From a virus (Duplodnaviria; Caudoviricetes): DNA of 47,292 nucleotides. Location: positions 1 to 47,292 of IMG/VR virus record IMGVR_UViG_3300012231_000015; one strand, written 5' to 3'. The position numbers and the translations under genes are program-made. Under the pieces are notes generated by a model. That model did not search any database. It saw nothing but the letters and a program-made list of their open reading frames with translations, and was not told where the DNA came from. Shown piece by piece: positions 10,539 to 19,896 of the stretch; position 1 is the stretch's first letter; each line of letters opens with the position of its first letter.

Positions 10539-10551
10539 AATTTACCACGAA

Positions 10552-10638
10552 GAATAGCAGTGTATTCGCCCCCTGTATCCGATTGGGGATGCTCCAAGTC
10601 GGCTTGGACCATTAAGGGAGCCACCCACACTGCTATTC
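10552..10638 (-). ncRNA. intergenic structured RNA element closed by a perfect 12-bp stem
   Basis: GAATAGCAGTGT (10552-63) / ACACTGCTATTC (10627-38), with an inner TCCAAG-TCGG-CTTGGA hairpin and a CCCC/GGGG pair. Confidence 0.45.
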
Positions 10639-10645
10639 ATGAGAG

Positions 10646-10936
10646 CTAGACGCCGTTCTCGATAATCCACTTACCGAGTGATTTCACAAAGATTAACATC
10701 AGTGCTCTATTCTGAGCAGCCGCAAGGCCAACCAGAATATTACCTGATGTTCCCAATGTGATAGCACCAGCAGTGGGTACTAGAATCACAAATCCACTAA
10801 ATCCCCCACCGAATGATGGAACGATTGTATTGATTTGTGTAGAGCCAGTCACCAGCACAATATCAGTCTTGGGACTGATTGTAGCTGCTGACGCCAATGT
10901 ACTTTCACTTAACTTACTTGTTGTACCTGGAATCAC
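10646..10936 (-). CDS. small capsid decoration/cement-like protein, paralogue of 11037..11336
   Basis: GTG start with a GGAGG RBS; aligns by eye with the upstream gene (TLASAATISP vs TIAAAGTIVP; GNI vs NNI; LMLIF...KW vs MLLVY...KY). Confidence 0.55.
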   Translation of the reverse strand: MIPGTTSKLSESTLASAATISPKTDIVLVTGSTQINTIVPSFGGGFSGFVILVPTAGAITLGTSGNILVGLAAAQNRALMLIFVKSLGKWIIENGV

Positions 10937-10964
10937 GTTCCACCTCCATCCACCATGAGAATGA

Positions 10965-11034
10965 CGGTAGGTAGGGGCTGAAGCATATCACATGCGAGGC
11001 ACATGAGTCCCAACTTTCAACCCCTACCTGACCG
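10965..11034 (-). ncRNA. intergenic structured RNA element (about 18-bp closing stem)
   Basis: CGGT-AGGTAGGGG-CTGAA / TTCAA-CCCCTACCT-G-ACCG. The C/A mismatch on the plus strand becomes a U-G wobble on the minus (mRNA) strand. Inner GCAT/ATGC hairpin. Confidence 0.45.
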
Positions 11035-11036
11035 AA

Positions 11037-11336
11037 TTAGCCCACTGGAACGTACTTCGCAGTAGACGGATTATAGACCAGTAACATAACCTCACCAACC
11101 ACACTAGCTTTAGTGGTGGCGATGTTGTTACCAGCAGTGATGCCAGCAGTTCCAGCGAACTGAATTGCCAGCATGTGTGCGTGTGCAACAGGAGGAGTAA
11201 TGGCAGTAATTGCCACGTTTCCTGTCAACACGGTGAGAAAACTAACAGGTACAATCGTACCAGCAGCCGCGATGGTCTGTGGTGCAACTGCATTCACAGG
11301 ATTCAGTGCAGCCCAATCGGATGCAACAATAGGCAT
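11037..11336 (-). CDS. small capsid decoration/cement-like protein
   Basis: Ala/Thr/Val-rich 99-aa protein immediately after the major capsid gene. Confidence 0.55.
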   Translation of the reverse strand: MPIVASDWAALNPVNAVAPQTIAAAGTIVPVSFLTVLTGNVAITAITPPVAHAHMLAIQFAGTAGITAGNNIATTKASVVGEVMLLVYNPSTAKYVPVG

Positions 11337-11344
11337 GTTATCTC

Positions 11345-12601
11345 CTAGTATCCAACCGGGATAGCGAGGTTATTGATGTAGCTGCACGCAGCAGGATTAC
11401 TCACGTAAGTCTGCATACCCACAACCATGTAGAAGATTTCCGCAGCCGCCACACCACCAGACGGTCCACGAATCTCGAAGATATTCCTTCCATCAGTCTT
11501 GTAGAATCCGATGGGAAGAATCTCTGCGCGACCCCACACCTCATCGACCACGAAGTCGATGCGTGTCTTATCCCAGTTATAGGAAACTGTGATAGGAGCA
11601 CCAGCCAACTGCATGTTGGAACCACCGAAATACATATTCAGTGCTTCCTCTTTAGCAGCCTTCTGAATAATGGACACTAACTGTCCAATTTCTTCATAAG
11701 CCTGCTGCTGGCAGGGATGTGTCCACGCTTTCGGGCTGAAATTGTTATCAATTCCAACACGATCCCCAATCTTATTGATTGCGAGACGTGGAAGTGGAAG
11801 AGTCAGTGCAGCATTACCAGCATCCACACGATTAGCACGAACTTCTGGAGTGGTTGAGCGCGCAAATCCAAGCCACGTACCAGCAGATGCGTTATCATGG
11901 TGATAAGGCACACCGAACAGACCAGGGAGTGACAGAGGAGCTGAAAGACCCATAGTAACGATCTTATCGCCACCACCGACAGTAGTACCAGCAACCTGTG
12001 GACTCAGTTCAATAAGTTTATTCGCAGTATCATGCTTAGTAACAGTAGCCACACCAAGCAGTGTAGTTAATGCATTGTTATAGACCTGAACGGTCTGACC
12101 ATAACGAATCAGACGCGCACCGAAGTCAGTGGTCATAACCATTACATTGACGCCACCAGCAGGTGTGTCAGAAAGAGTGGTACCGATTACACCACTACCA
12201 TTCTGCATCATCTGAGCGTCTAACTGACGACGCATTTCATCTAATGCAGTCGCAGTCAGACGACGGACTGAATTGACGATAGCCTTACGCGCATCGTCAG
12301 TAGCCCACTGTGTCAGTTTGGTGTACTCAATGTTCTCACTCAGAAACACGCAATTGAGTACAGCCTTATCATACGTAGGACCACCACCACGACCCAGATC
12401 GCCACCGTCTGGATTGAAGTACTGGAATGAGCCACCGGGCCTCAATTCAAGAGGAACCCGCATCTGCCTGTGAGAGATTTTCTCAACTTCACGCTTCTTA
12501 ATGCTAGCGTAGAACTTGTCATCCCTCTCAAACAGTACACGCACTTTTGGAATGACTTTCTCCAATTCAAGTGCGGCTACCTGAGATTCAACAACAGCCA
12601 T
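11345..12601 (-). CDS. major capsid protein (HK97 fold, P22-coat-like)
   Basis: 418 aa, follows portal and scaffold; GLFGV...GTWLGFARST segment and a C-terminal YVSNPAACSYINNL typical of such coat proteins. Confidence 0.8.
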   Translation of the reverse strand: MAVVESQVAALELEKVIPKVRVLFERDDKFYASIKKREVEKISHRQMRVPLELRPGGSFQYFNPDGGDLGRGGGPTYDKAVLNCVFLSENIEYTKLTQWATDDARKAIVNSVRRLTATALDEMRRQLDAQMMQNGSGVIGTTLSDTPAGGVNVMVMTTDFGARLIRYGQTVQVYNNALTTLLGVATVTKHDTANKLIELSPQVAGTTVGGGDKIVTMGLSAPLSLPGLFGVPYHHDNASAGTWLGFARSTTPEVRANRVDAGNAALTLPLPRLAINKIGDRVGIDNNFSPKAWTHPCQQQAYEEIGQLVSIIQKAAKEEALNMYFGGSNMQLAGAPITVSYNWDKTRIDFVVDEVWGRAEILPIGFYKTDGRNIFEIRGPSGGVAAAEIFYMVVGMQTYVSNPAACSYINNLAIPVGY

Positions 12602-12610
12602 GATTTACCC

Positions 12611-13870
12611 CTAGTCTTTCATCAATACATCAAATGTAGACATTCCTTTTGGAATATCTGATGCCTTACGAATTTTTCCACTAGAGGGGGCTGTGGATTT
12701 GCCAGGTACAATTGGACCCTTTTTAGGAGTCATATCTTCCGTATCTTCGTCTCTACTGCGTCCTAGACCTTTCAGAGCTTCATTCCGGGCCTTTTTAATC
12801 ACTGTAGGCAACAGTGTCTTAGCTTTTGAAAGGTAGGCGGCTTTAATGCGATCAGTAGATTCCTTATCGAATCTCTTTTCATACGCCTTTTCCCAGAGCT
12901 TGTCAATCAGCCCACGGAATCTGGTGTCCTTAGAGATTAGAGTTTCGAGCGTATCGAATGCTTCCTGTTTAGCATGATTACGCACATAGTCTGTCATCGA
13001 CTTGTTTGGATCGATATTCTGATCGATAGTCGATTTTAGCACATTATCTGCACGAGACTGTAAGTCATCCCGTGTAGATTCAAACTTTTCCTTGAACTGT
13101 TGAGCTTCATAGTTCCGTAACTGAGATTCCCTCTGTCTATCTTCTGGTCTGTCCTGACGCGACAGAGGTGTGTGGGGCTGGAAGTTCTGTGAACCAAAAA
13201 TAAACTGATTCAGAACATTAGCAGCCGCCTGTAATGGTGCGCCCTGTTGACCGAGTGCTCTACCTTCCTTGACCATAGTCAGGATGGTATCTTTGATCAC
13301 TCCGCCAAGGACGTGATAATATGCCTGTTGATCTACCTGTCTGAGTGCGGGTAGATAATTGTCTGCGATTCTTAAGAATGCTTCGTGATTCTCATTCTTT
13401 GCAGCCTGAAGTACCTGAGTGATATCGCCACCCATTACCTGCTGCTCAACCTGATCCATTATCTGAGCTTTTTCAACAGCTACCTTCGCATCATTAACTG
13501 TCGGAAAAACTTCCGTAAACTGCTGCTCCCTGTAGTATGCCTTCTCTAAGTATGGAAAGTCTTTGAACAGCTTAGGATACTTAGCAAGGATTTCCTTCCG
13601 TCGAACCGGAGTAGTGAGTTCTAGATCTTCTTCCTTTGGACCTTCTAACTCTTCTTCGATTTCTTTGAGTTCATCTTTTTCAGTATCTTCATCGTCCTTT
13701 TCTTCTCCTTCTTCAGTCTCTTCTTTAGTAACTTTAGTATCAAGTTCGAGAACTTCTTCTGGCTCTTCATTTAATAACTCGAAAGTCTCTTGTGTATCAT
13801 CACCTCCACCTCCACCTGTGGTTTCTTCAGGTGCCATCAGTGGAATGAATTTATTGAATAGTAGGCGCAT
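12611..13870 (-). CDS. capsid scaffolding protein; start probably MRLLFNKF at 13870
   Basis: Acidic N-terminus, coiled-coil middle and basic Pro/Lys C-terminal tail; between portal and capsid genes; GGGAG RBS before the ATG at 13870. Confidence 0.7.
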   Translation of the reverse strand: MRLLFNKFIPLMAPEETTGGGGGDDTQETFELLNEEPEEVLELDTKVTKEETEEGEEKDDEDTEKDELKEIEEELEGPKEEDLELTTPVRRKEILAKYPKLFKDFPYLEKAYYREQQFTEVFPTVNDAKVAVEKAQIMDQVEQQVMGGDITQVLQAAKNENHEAFLRIADNYLPALRQVDQQAYYHVLGGVIKDTILTMVKEGRALGQQGAPLQAAANVLNQFIFGSQNFQPHTPLSRQDRPEDRQRESQLRNYEAQQFKEKFESTRDDLQSRADNVLKSTIDQNIDPNKSMTDYVRNHAKQEAFDTLETLISKDTRFRGLIDKLWEKAYEKRFDKESTDRIKAAYLSKAKTLLPTVIKKARNEALKGLGRSRDEDTEDMTPKKGPIVPGKSTAPSSGKIRKASDIPKGMSTFDVLMKD

Positions 13871-16175
13871 TCTGATCTCCCTGTAATGGAACTCCAGCAT
13901 TAGCCTCTGGAGCCTGTTTGCCATCTGTTGGGGCCGGTGGCGGAGCCATCATCATTTGAGCTTGCATCTGCATCTGCATGTCAATATCTTTATGCATCTT
14001 CATGTGAAGTAGTACGTTTTTATAGCCAGCAGGATTCTCTACCTTACATAACCGACCCGCATCACTCACCAACCACCTACGACAGATATCAGCCTCTAAT
14101 GGATGATTATCCACATCGAAGTCCGCTTCAATCGAAGGAACTTCAACAGGAGGTGGTGGAGGCATACCCATCATCATAGCCTGCTGCATCATCATAGGAT
14201 CAGGAGGCATCTGGATAGGTTCACTATTTACAAGGAGTTGAATTTCCTCGTACTGTTTCTGTCTGTCATCTTCACCGGGAATAATATAATCCGTGAGTCC
14301 AATGGCTTTCTTAATATACGGGATATTCTCTGGTGAGGCAAGAGTTGACATAAGCGCGTCGTTATTAATGTTAAACAGTTCCATGATTGCATCTTTTTGT
14401 TGGTTCCAAGTAATTGGTAAGTTTTCATTAGCTTCGAGTTCAATTGAACCGATTTTACCTTCGAGTTCCGCACGTCTAATAAATACATTGACGAAATTCC
14501 CAAATTCGTCTTTCTTGACTTGCTTGTCATCATCTTTCATTTCTTTGATATAGAGTGGTATAGCCTTTCCGTAGATGTTTTTCCACCAGTGCAGCAACAT
14601 CTTCCATGTGCCCTGCAATCTCTGTAGGGCCTGAGCACGACTCATCGAGTATTCTGATGCCGTCCGCGACCCTGCCATCTGTCCGCCAAACAATGAGGGC
14701 AAGGCTCCTGAAACAAGCTGCCCGATCTCCTGTATTTTAGTCGCAAAAGGTAGAACTTCCTGAGAAAGTGTAGCAGTACGTACCTCATAGAAGCCCTCAC
14801 TAAGAGCACGACCAGATTTGGGTGTCGCAGGATAGATACCACCAGGAATAACCTCAGAGTTCCTGTATGCGTTAAAATTTAATACCTTTGGGTCAGCGAA
14901 TGTCTGAGGGATTCCATGCTCAACAGTTTGAAGTACGAGTGAAATGAGATCGTTAGTAATGTCCTGCACTGAAGTGAGAAGTAAACCAAGCGGATCAAAG
15001 TGAATATAATCCGACAGAGGATTGTAAGTAAGAGTCCAGCAATCATCAAGACTTTCATTACATGCATGAGCAACAAAGTCATTGACCATCACCACCTTAC
15101 AACCCATTGGATACTTCTTACGCAATTCATCAGCTTCATCTACATTGAGAACATTGTAAGAAGAAGGCCGAAGCCAGCAATTACGAACAGTAACATTATT
15201 AACAGGATGCTCACCATGATATTGAGGCGAAGTTCTACCCCACTGTTCGTACAGGTCATAGTTCGCCTGTCCCTTGACGACTTTATCTCTAAGGTTGGGA
15301 TATTGTTCGAGGACATTTGCAAAATGTGTTTCGTATGAATAAATCAAATAACTACATTCCGATTGATTACGCGCCCATACGGGGACTTTGACAAACAGAC
15401 CACCATACACTTCCATGCACACGCGGGACTTAGGATGACTAGTCTGACCTACAAGACGTGTGATGGTAACAGTGTTAGTCTGCTTGTCAGGAACAACCAT
15501 CTGCGCACAGTTTGGACAGATGTCCTGCTCTTCTAAGAAATTTGTTGGGGCCGCGTCCGCATCATCAGGTTGGAACTTATCTTCCTGTTGATATGTAATC
15601 GTCTCATCTGCCATCTCTGACTGACAGAGTGGACAGATCTTCTGCTCATGATATTCCGGTACTTCGTCGTATTCATTCTTCTGATATGTCCCGTACTTCT
15701 CATCCTCTTTCGCGTATGAGTAACACGCGGTCATACCCTCAGTGCAGAAAACGAAGAGTGCATGGAGCCAGAGTAATGGTGCATCATTATGCTTAAAGAT
15801 GAGGGCGGCAACCTTGTCTCCTGCTTTAGCAGTAATAACATCAAGGGGATTATCAGCATCATCAGGATAGCAAGTGATAGGAGGAACAGTAACAGAAAGA
15901 GCCGCAATAATCGATTCAAGGTACGCTCTATAGACGTTAACTGGTTTGTCGTAGAATCCTTGATCGGAATCTTCTCCGGCCCTCTCGGTTTCGGGTACTC
16001 TCCAATCATGTGCAACCTCACTATAATACGTGTGCTGTACATTTTCCCAGAGTAACTTTAACCGACGCCATGTCCTGATCTGTCGATCACGAACAGCACG
16101 ATCCTCATCATCGAAATGATCTACAATTTGTTTAAGTAGTGCAGAGATATCGTCTGGTACTTCTTCTTTAGCCAT
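13851..16175 (-). CDS. portal protein (P22-like) with a Cys4 insertion
   Basis: 774 aa downstream of TerL; SRTASEYSM motif, Pro/Gln/Met-rich C-terminus, DNHPLEADIC motif; CPLC...CPNC insert. Confidence 0.8.
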   Translation of the reverse strand: MAKEEVPDDISALLKQIVDHFDDEDRAVRDRQIRTWRRLKLLWENVQHTYYSEVAHDWRVPETERAGEDSDQGFYDKPVNVYRAYLESIIAALSVTVPPITCYPDDADNPLDVITAKAGDKVAALIFKHNDAPLLWLHALFVFCTEGMTACYSYAKEDEKYGTYQKNEYDEVPEYHEQKICPLCQSEMADETITYQQEDKFQPDDADAAPTNFLEEQDICPNCAQMVVPDKQTNTVTITRLVGQTSHPKSRVCMEVYGGLFVKVPVWARNQSECSYLIYSYETHFANVLEQYPNLRDKVVKGQANYDLYEQWGRTSPQYHGEHPVNNVTVRNCWLRPSSYNVLNVDEADELRKKYPMGCKVVMVNDFVAHACNESLDDCWTLTYNPLSDYIHFDPLGLLLTSVQDITNDLISLVLQTVEHGIPQTFADPKVLNFNAYRNSEVIPGGIYPATPKSGRALSEGFYEVRTATLSQEVLPFATKIQEIGQLVSGALPSLFGGQMAGSRTASEYSMSRAQALQRLQGTWKMLLHWWKNIYGKAIPLYIKEMKDDDKQVKKDEFGNFVNVFIRRAELEGKIGSIELEANENLPITWNQQKDAIMELFNINNDALMSTLASPENIPYIKKAIGLTDYIIPGEDDRQKQYEEIQLLVNSEPIQMPPDPMMMQQAMMMGMPPPPPVEVPSIEADFDVDNHPLEADICRRWLVSDAGRLCKVENPAGYKNVLLHMKMHKDIDMQMQMQAQMMMAPPPAPTDGKQAPEANAGVPLQGDQNAPTIQ

Positions 16176-16642
16176 TATACAGCTACTCTCTTACGAGCCG
16201 CTTCTCTACCTGCCTGAACTGCATTCATTTGAGGTGGTGGAGCTGATGGTCCTAATCCTGCTGGTGCTTCTTGTTCCATAGGAGGTGGTTGACCCTGAGT
16301 AGCATCATATGCAGCATTACGACCTATATCCCCTAAGAACTGTCCAACTACTCCAGCTCTACCCGCACCACCTGCACCTAACGCGCCCTTAGCTAATTTA
16401 GCACCCATACCAGCAGATGGACCGATACCTTTTAACGCGCCCGCGCCTACACCACCAGCAGCAGCACCAAGACCACCACTAAGTAATGTACCCTTCCAAC
16501 CAGCTCCAGATGCTTTAGCATTTGCAGCAGCTAATCCACCTTGTAATGCCATCCCTAATGGGACGCCAACACCAGGAATAGCCATAGCCGCATATGGTGC
16601 GACTTTAAGTGCTATCTTCCCAAACTTTTTCCAGAATCCCAT
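16175..16642 (-). CDS. glycine-zipper protein with a cationic amphipathic N-terminus (possible membrane-active or pilot protein)
   Basis: MGFWKKFGKIALKVAP followed by GxxxG-rich hydrophobic segments. Confidence 0.55.
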   Translation of the reverse strand: MGFWKKFGKIALKVAPYAAMAIPGVGVPLGMALQGGLAAANAKASGAGWKGTLLSGGLGAAAGGVGAGALKGIGPSAGMGAKLAKGALGAGGAGRAGVVGQFLGDIGRNAAYDATQGQPPPMEQEAPAGLGPSAPPPQMNAVQAGREAARKRVAV

Positions 16643-16654
16643 TGTCTTGTCCTA

Positions 16655-16825
16655 CTATCGAATCGGAACGTCACTAATTCCAAATGCGCGTAACAGATAA
16701 AGTACAAGAAGAATAACTACGACCACCCTCAATACAACCTTGAAGGGTGGACTCATTGGAACGAAGTTTTCAACTAGATACAAGGCTAGACCGAGAATCA
16801 CGATGACGAGAATGAGAGTAATCAT
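16655..16825 (-). CDS. 56-aa two-TM membrane protein (Thivi_2564-like); holin candidate
   Basis: Not in the ORF track. Translates MITLILVIVILGLALYLVENFVPMSPPFKVVLRVVVVILLVLYLLRAFGISDVPIR; ATGA overlap with the upstream gene. Confidence 0.65.
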   Translation of the reverse strand: MITLILVIVILGLALYLVENFVPMSPPFKVVLRVVVVILLVLYLLRAFGISDVPIR

Positions 16826-17133
16826 TGCACACCCAATTCATGTTCGAGTTCGGCTATTTCCTTGACCTTCTGTTTCATTAATTCAGCAGATCTACGATCC
16901 TCTTGTTCCAACATCTGTTGCTTCACGCGCCACGGAATGAACGCGGGCTGAATACTTTTCAGTTCTTCAGTCGATGGTGGAACTAGAGGTTCGGCCTTAT
17001 CTTTGTCCAGAAGCCTGTGTAATAATTCCTTACGTTCTGTGTCACTCTTTGCGAGTAACTCACGCAGGATCTCACAGGTTTCACAATGACGAGGATCAAG
17101 ACCGAACCACTTTTCAAAAAGTTCTCTAATCAT
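16822..17133 (-). CDS. hypothetical coiled-coil protein
   Basis: 103-aa ORF with CETC and coiled-coil heptads, between TerL and portal. Confidence 0.55.
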   Translation of the reverse strand: MIRELFEKWFGLDPRHCETCEILRELLAKSDTERKELLHRLLDKDKAEPLVPPSTEELKSIQPAFIPWRVKQQMLEQEDRRSAELMKQKVKEIAELEHELGVQ

Positions 17134-17293
17134 CAGTTACTTCTTTGGGAAACTGTTTACGCATTAATCCAATAGAAACAACTGCTAAATCTCTTACTTC
17201 TCTGTCTTTATGAGACAGTAACATATGTGCAATAGCCCACATATCTTTCTGAGCTTTAGTGTCTGTACCTTCCGACTGGCTTGATTGTATCAT
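17126..17293 (-). CDS. small hypothetical protein (55 aa)
   Basis: Not in the track. MIQSSQSEGTDTKAQKDMWAIAHMLLSHKDREVRDLAVVSIGLMRKQFPKEVTDD fills the gap between TerL and 16822..17133. Confidence 0.4.
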   Translation of the reverse strand: MIQSSQSEGTDTKAQKDMWAIAHMLLSHKDREVRDLAVVSIGLMRKQFPKEVTDD

Positions 17294-18899
17294 CTACTTC
17301 CGTCTTTCTCATATTCCTGTAGAATGCTGTCCAGTCATGTGATGTACTGAGCTGATTTACCAACTGTTCTTGTTGCTGTATTCTTTTGAATTCTTGATTG
17401 CTTTCATCAAAGAATCCTTCAGCAGCATCAACCAAGTATCTGAGACCATCAATTGGGTCATCCCCCTCGAATTCTGCAATATCTTCCGCTGGTTTATTTC
17501 CTTTTGGCTTGTCGTATGAACAAGCCTTAATTGCTTCGACGAGGACTGGACAGGCATCTTTGAATATCTGTAATTTCGGTACGTTCGTTTCAGGTTCAGG
17601 TGGATTGAATGAATTCATGTATGACTTGTATTCTGTCATACCTCTGTTCCGCATAATCCACATTGCGTACTCTTCATTGTACGTAGGTACTTCCTGATCA
17701 CTTACTTGTTTGGGCTGCCATCTAAGGTATTCATGGATAAGTATTTTTCCAGCAATACGTGATCCTGGAGTATTGTTTGACAGTTCAACACTTTGACCGA
17801 GTTCATCTTCGATCTGCTGTTGGATTGTATGTTCTTGTCCTCTATCCTGACCTGCGGATTTACAGAATCGAATGAGACGGGGATTTTCTCTATCAATGAA
17901 TACCTTAATCTGTGGTGCCCAGTCTGCTATCTTTGTCTTGACCCAATACTGTTCACGATAAATGTATACGCGCTTATTAGGACTGATTGCTGCCCATCCC
18001 ACCCACGTCATTGCAGCAAATCCCCAGTCACCTATTACAATTCTGGGCCACCATGATGGGATTTCAAAAGGTTCAACAACATGGATCGCATTTGCTGGTT
18101 CGTCGTCGAATTTCCTGTCCCTGAATTCGTCGAATACCTGACCTTGATACGCATCCCAATCTCCTAACAGTTTAGCCTTACGTTCAGCCTCAATAGTTAT
18201 GCCTTGCAGCGATTGCCGATACGTAGGATCAATGTATCTGTTATCTTCGAGGGTGGAGTGGATGTAGATTCTTTTGTTCCCTCCCCGTCCCACAATGATT
18301 TTACCACCTTTAGGGGCTGGTTTAATGAATCTCTTGTATGTCCAAGTATGACCAATCCCTCCAGGCATTCCAGCAGCTCTAATAATTGCTGGCAACTCAG
18401 GGACGGGTGATCGCACACGCTGGAATCCAATGTATAGATAGATCCACTCAGTAATCGACGTGAGTTCATCAGGAGTAAAGAGATTGATTTGCATCGAATC
18501 GTATTTATGGACATCATCTTCATTCTCGCAATGACCCAAGAAAATCATTGACCCTTCATTAGAAGGACCGTACTTAGTGGATGTTCCTGTACCGAACTGA
18601 TCCTCTCTAGGAAAAGTCCAGCACATTTCAGTCTTATTTAGTGTGGCTCCAAATCTTCGATAGAGTTCACGAGATCTAGGAATGATTTCATTTCTAAGTT
18701 CAGGAAAAGTACGTCGCATGAATACTTGCTTGAAACGTGGGTTTTCATGCCAGCGATGGACAATTCCATACAGTAATAAGACATCGGACTTTCCAGAACC
18801 AGCTCCGCCCCCATAAAACGCTTCTTTAACTGAAGTGGGGACAGAGAGAAAGAGTTCTTGTTTGGGTTCTGGTCGCCATTCATTAGGATTCCGATCCAC
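17256..18899 (-). CDS. terL: terminase large subunit
   Basis: Q motif (PKQ), Walker A YGGGAGSGKS, Walker B FTPDE, GMPGG coupling motif (NPGG variant), RNase H nuclease IGDWG and DDPIDGLRY. Confidence 0.95.
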   Translation of the reverse strand: MDRNPNEWRPEPKQELFLSVPTSVKEAFYGGGAGSGKSDVLLLYGIVHRWHENPRFKQVFMRRTFPELRNEIIPRSRELYRRFGATLNKTEMCWTFPREDQFGTGTSTKYGPSNEGSMIFLGHCENEDDVHKYDSMQINLFTPDELTSITEWIYLYIGFQRVRSPVPELPAIIRAAGMPGGIGHTWTYKRFIKPAPKGGKIIVGRGGNKRIYIHSTLEDNRYIDPTYRQSLQGITIEAERKAKLLGDWDAYQGQVFDEFRDRKFDDEPANAIHVVEPFEIPSWWPRIVIGDWGFAAMTWVGWAAISPNKRVYIYREQYWVKTKIADWAPQIKVFIDRENPRLIRFCKSAGQDRGQEHTIQQQIEDELGQSVELSNNTPGSRIAGKILIHEYLRWQPKQVSDQEVPTYNEEYAMWIMRNRGMTEYKSYMNSFNPPEPETNVPKLQIFKDACPVLVEAIKACSYDKPKGNKPAEDIAEFEGDDPIDGLRYLVDAAEGFFDESNQEFKRIQQQEQLVNQLSTSHDWTAFYRNMRKTEVDDTIKPVGRYRH

Positions 18900-18903
18900 T
18901 GTC

Positions 18904-19494
18904 TTACCGCCCGCGTCCGAACGATCTCATGCGCGGGGCCATTGGTCTACTATAATTCTCAGCCATCTGTGGTGCCATCTCAGCACCTTCACCTAATTCC
19001 ATCTGTGGCTGAGGAACTGGAACTTGTTCCTGTGGCTGTTGTGTACCATACAGTGCAGACATTCCCTGTAACTGTTCCTGTGGTTGTTGCATGTATGGAT
19101 TGATGGGCTGTTGTTCAGGTGATGCCATAGGATTCTGCTGCTGTTGTCTACGCGCAAGAATTCCACCTAATCCACCAGCAAATCCACCCATCGCAGGCTT
19201 ACGCATTCCTAATGCCTGACCCTGACCAATACCACCCATTTGGCCCTGCATCTGACGCGCCTGCATGAGTTTCGCCATAATCCCTGAATTATCTGATGGA
19301 CCCATTGGTCCCTTTACTTTATTCAGACCGGGATTCATTCCTTGGCCCATTGCTGCACCCTGAGCCAATTGACCAAACTTACTACCAGCACCTTGCTGTT
19401 TCTGCTGTCCACCACCATACATACTTGCGATTCCCTGACCAGCAGCCTGACCTGCACCAGCCATTCCGCCAGCCATCTTATTCGCACCCATCAT
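18904..19494 (-). CDS. Gln/Gly/Met-rich low-complexity protein
   Basis: Compositionally disordered; coupled to the lipoprotein gene with a GGAGG RBS. Confidence 0.5.
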   Translation of the reverse strand: MMGANKMAGGMAGAGQAAGQGIASMYGGGQQKQQGAGSKFGQLAQGAAMGQGMNPGLNKVKGPMGPSDNSGIMAKLMQARQMQGQMGGIGQGQALGMRKPAMGGFAGGLGGILARRQQQQNPMASPEQQPINPYMQQPQEQLQGMSALYGTQQPQEQVPVPQPQMELGEGAEMAPQMAENYSRPMAPRMRSFGRGR

Positions 19495-19895
19495 TTCCTC
19501 CAGTTACCTGATGCACTGATTGTAGTTCCAGTAAAATCACTGGAGGTGGCCTCTCTAAACAGAATTCCATTCACAAAGATCTGAGCAGAGAGGAATGGAA
19601 ACGTAGTTGTACCGTATGATAGTGGAGTAGCTTCGATGGACAGGAACATTGATGAATCATTAGTTGAGAGTGTAGTGATGTATGGAAGAGTGGTGATAAC
19701 TTGTGTCAGCCCATCTAATGGATTCGAGTAACGGATGCGGACTGATGTGGCATTTCCATTTACTCTGAACTGAATCTGACTCGCTGGATTAGATCCCCTC
19801 CCATTATCTGATGGGGTGACTGGATTAGTTGGATTGATGTAGATCTTGTCACAGCCGCTTAGTCCGATCGCTAGTGCGAGAATCAGATACTTCAT
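19491..19895 (-). CDS. lipoprotein with an MmpS-like beta-sandwich
   Basis: True start is probably MKYLILALAIGLSG-C (lipobox) at 19895 with a GAGG RBS; Pro/Thr linker, then IQFRVNG...IRYS...TLPY...AQIFVNG. Confidence 0.7.
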   Translation of the reverse strand: MKYLILALAIGLSGCDKIYINPTNPVTPSDNGRGSNPASQIQFRVNGNATSVRIRYSNPLDGLTQVITTLPYITTLSTNDSSMFLSIEATPLSYGTTTFPFLSAQIFVNGILFREATSSDFTGTTISASGNWRK

Positions 19896-19896
19896 G

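Noticed and set aside
13563-13886. Ser-rich plus-strand ORF
   Set aside because: Antisense shadow of the Glu/Asp-rich scaffold N-terminus.
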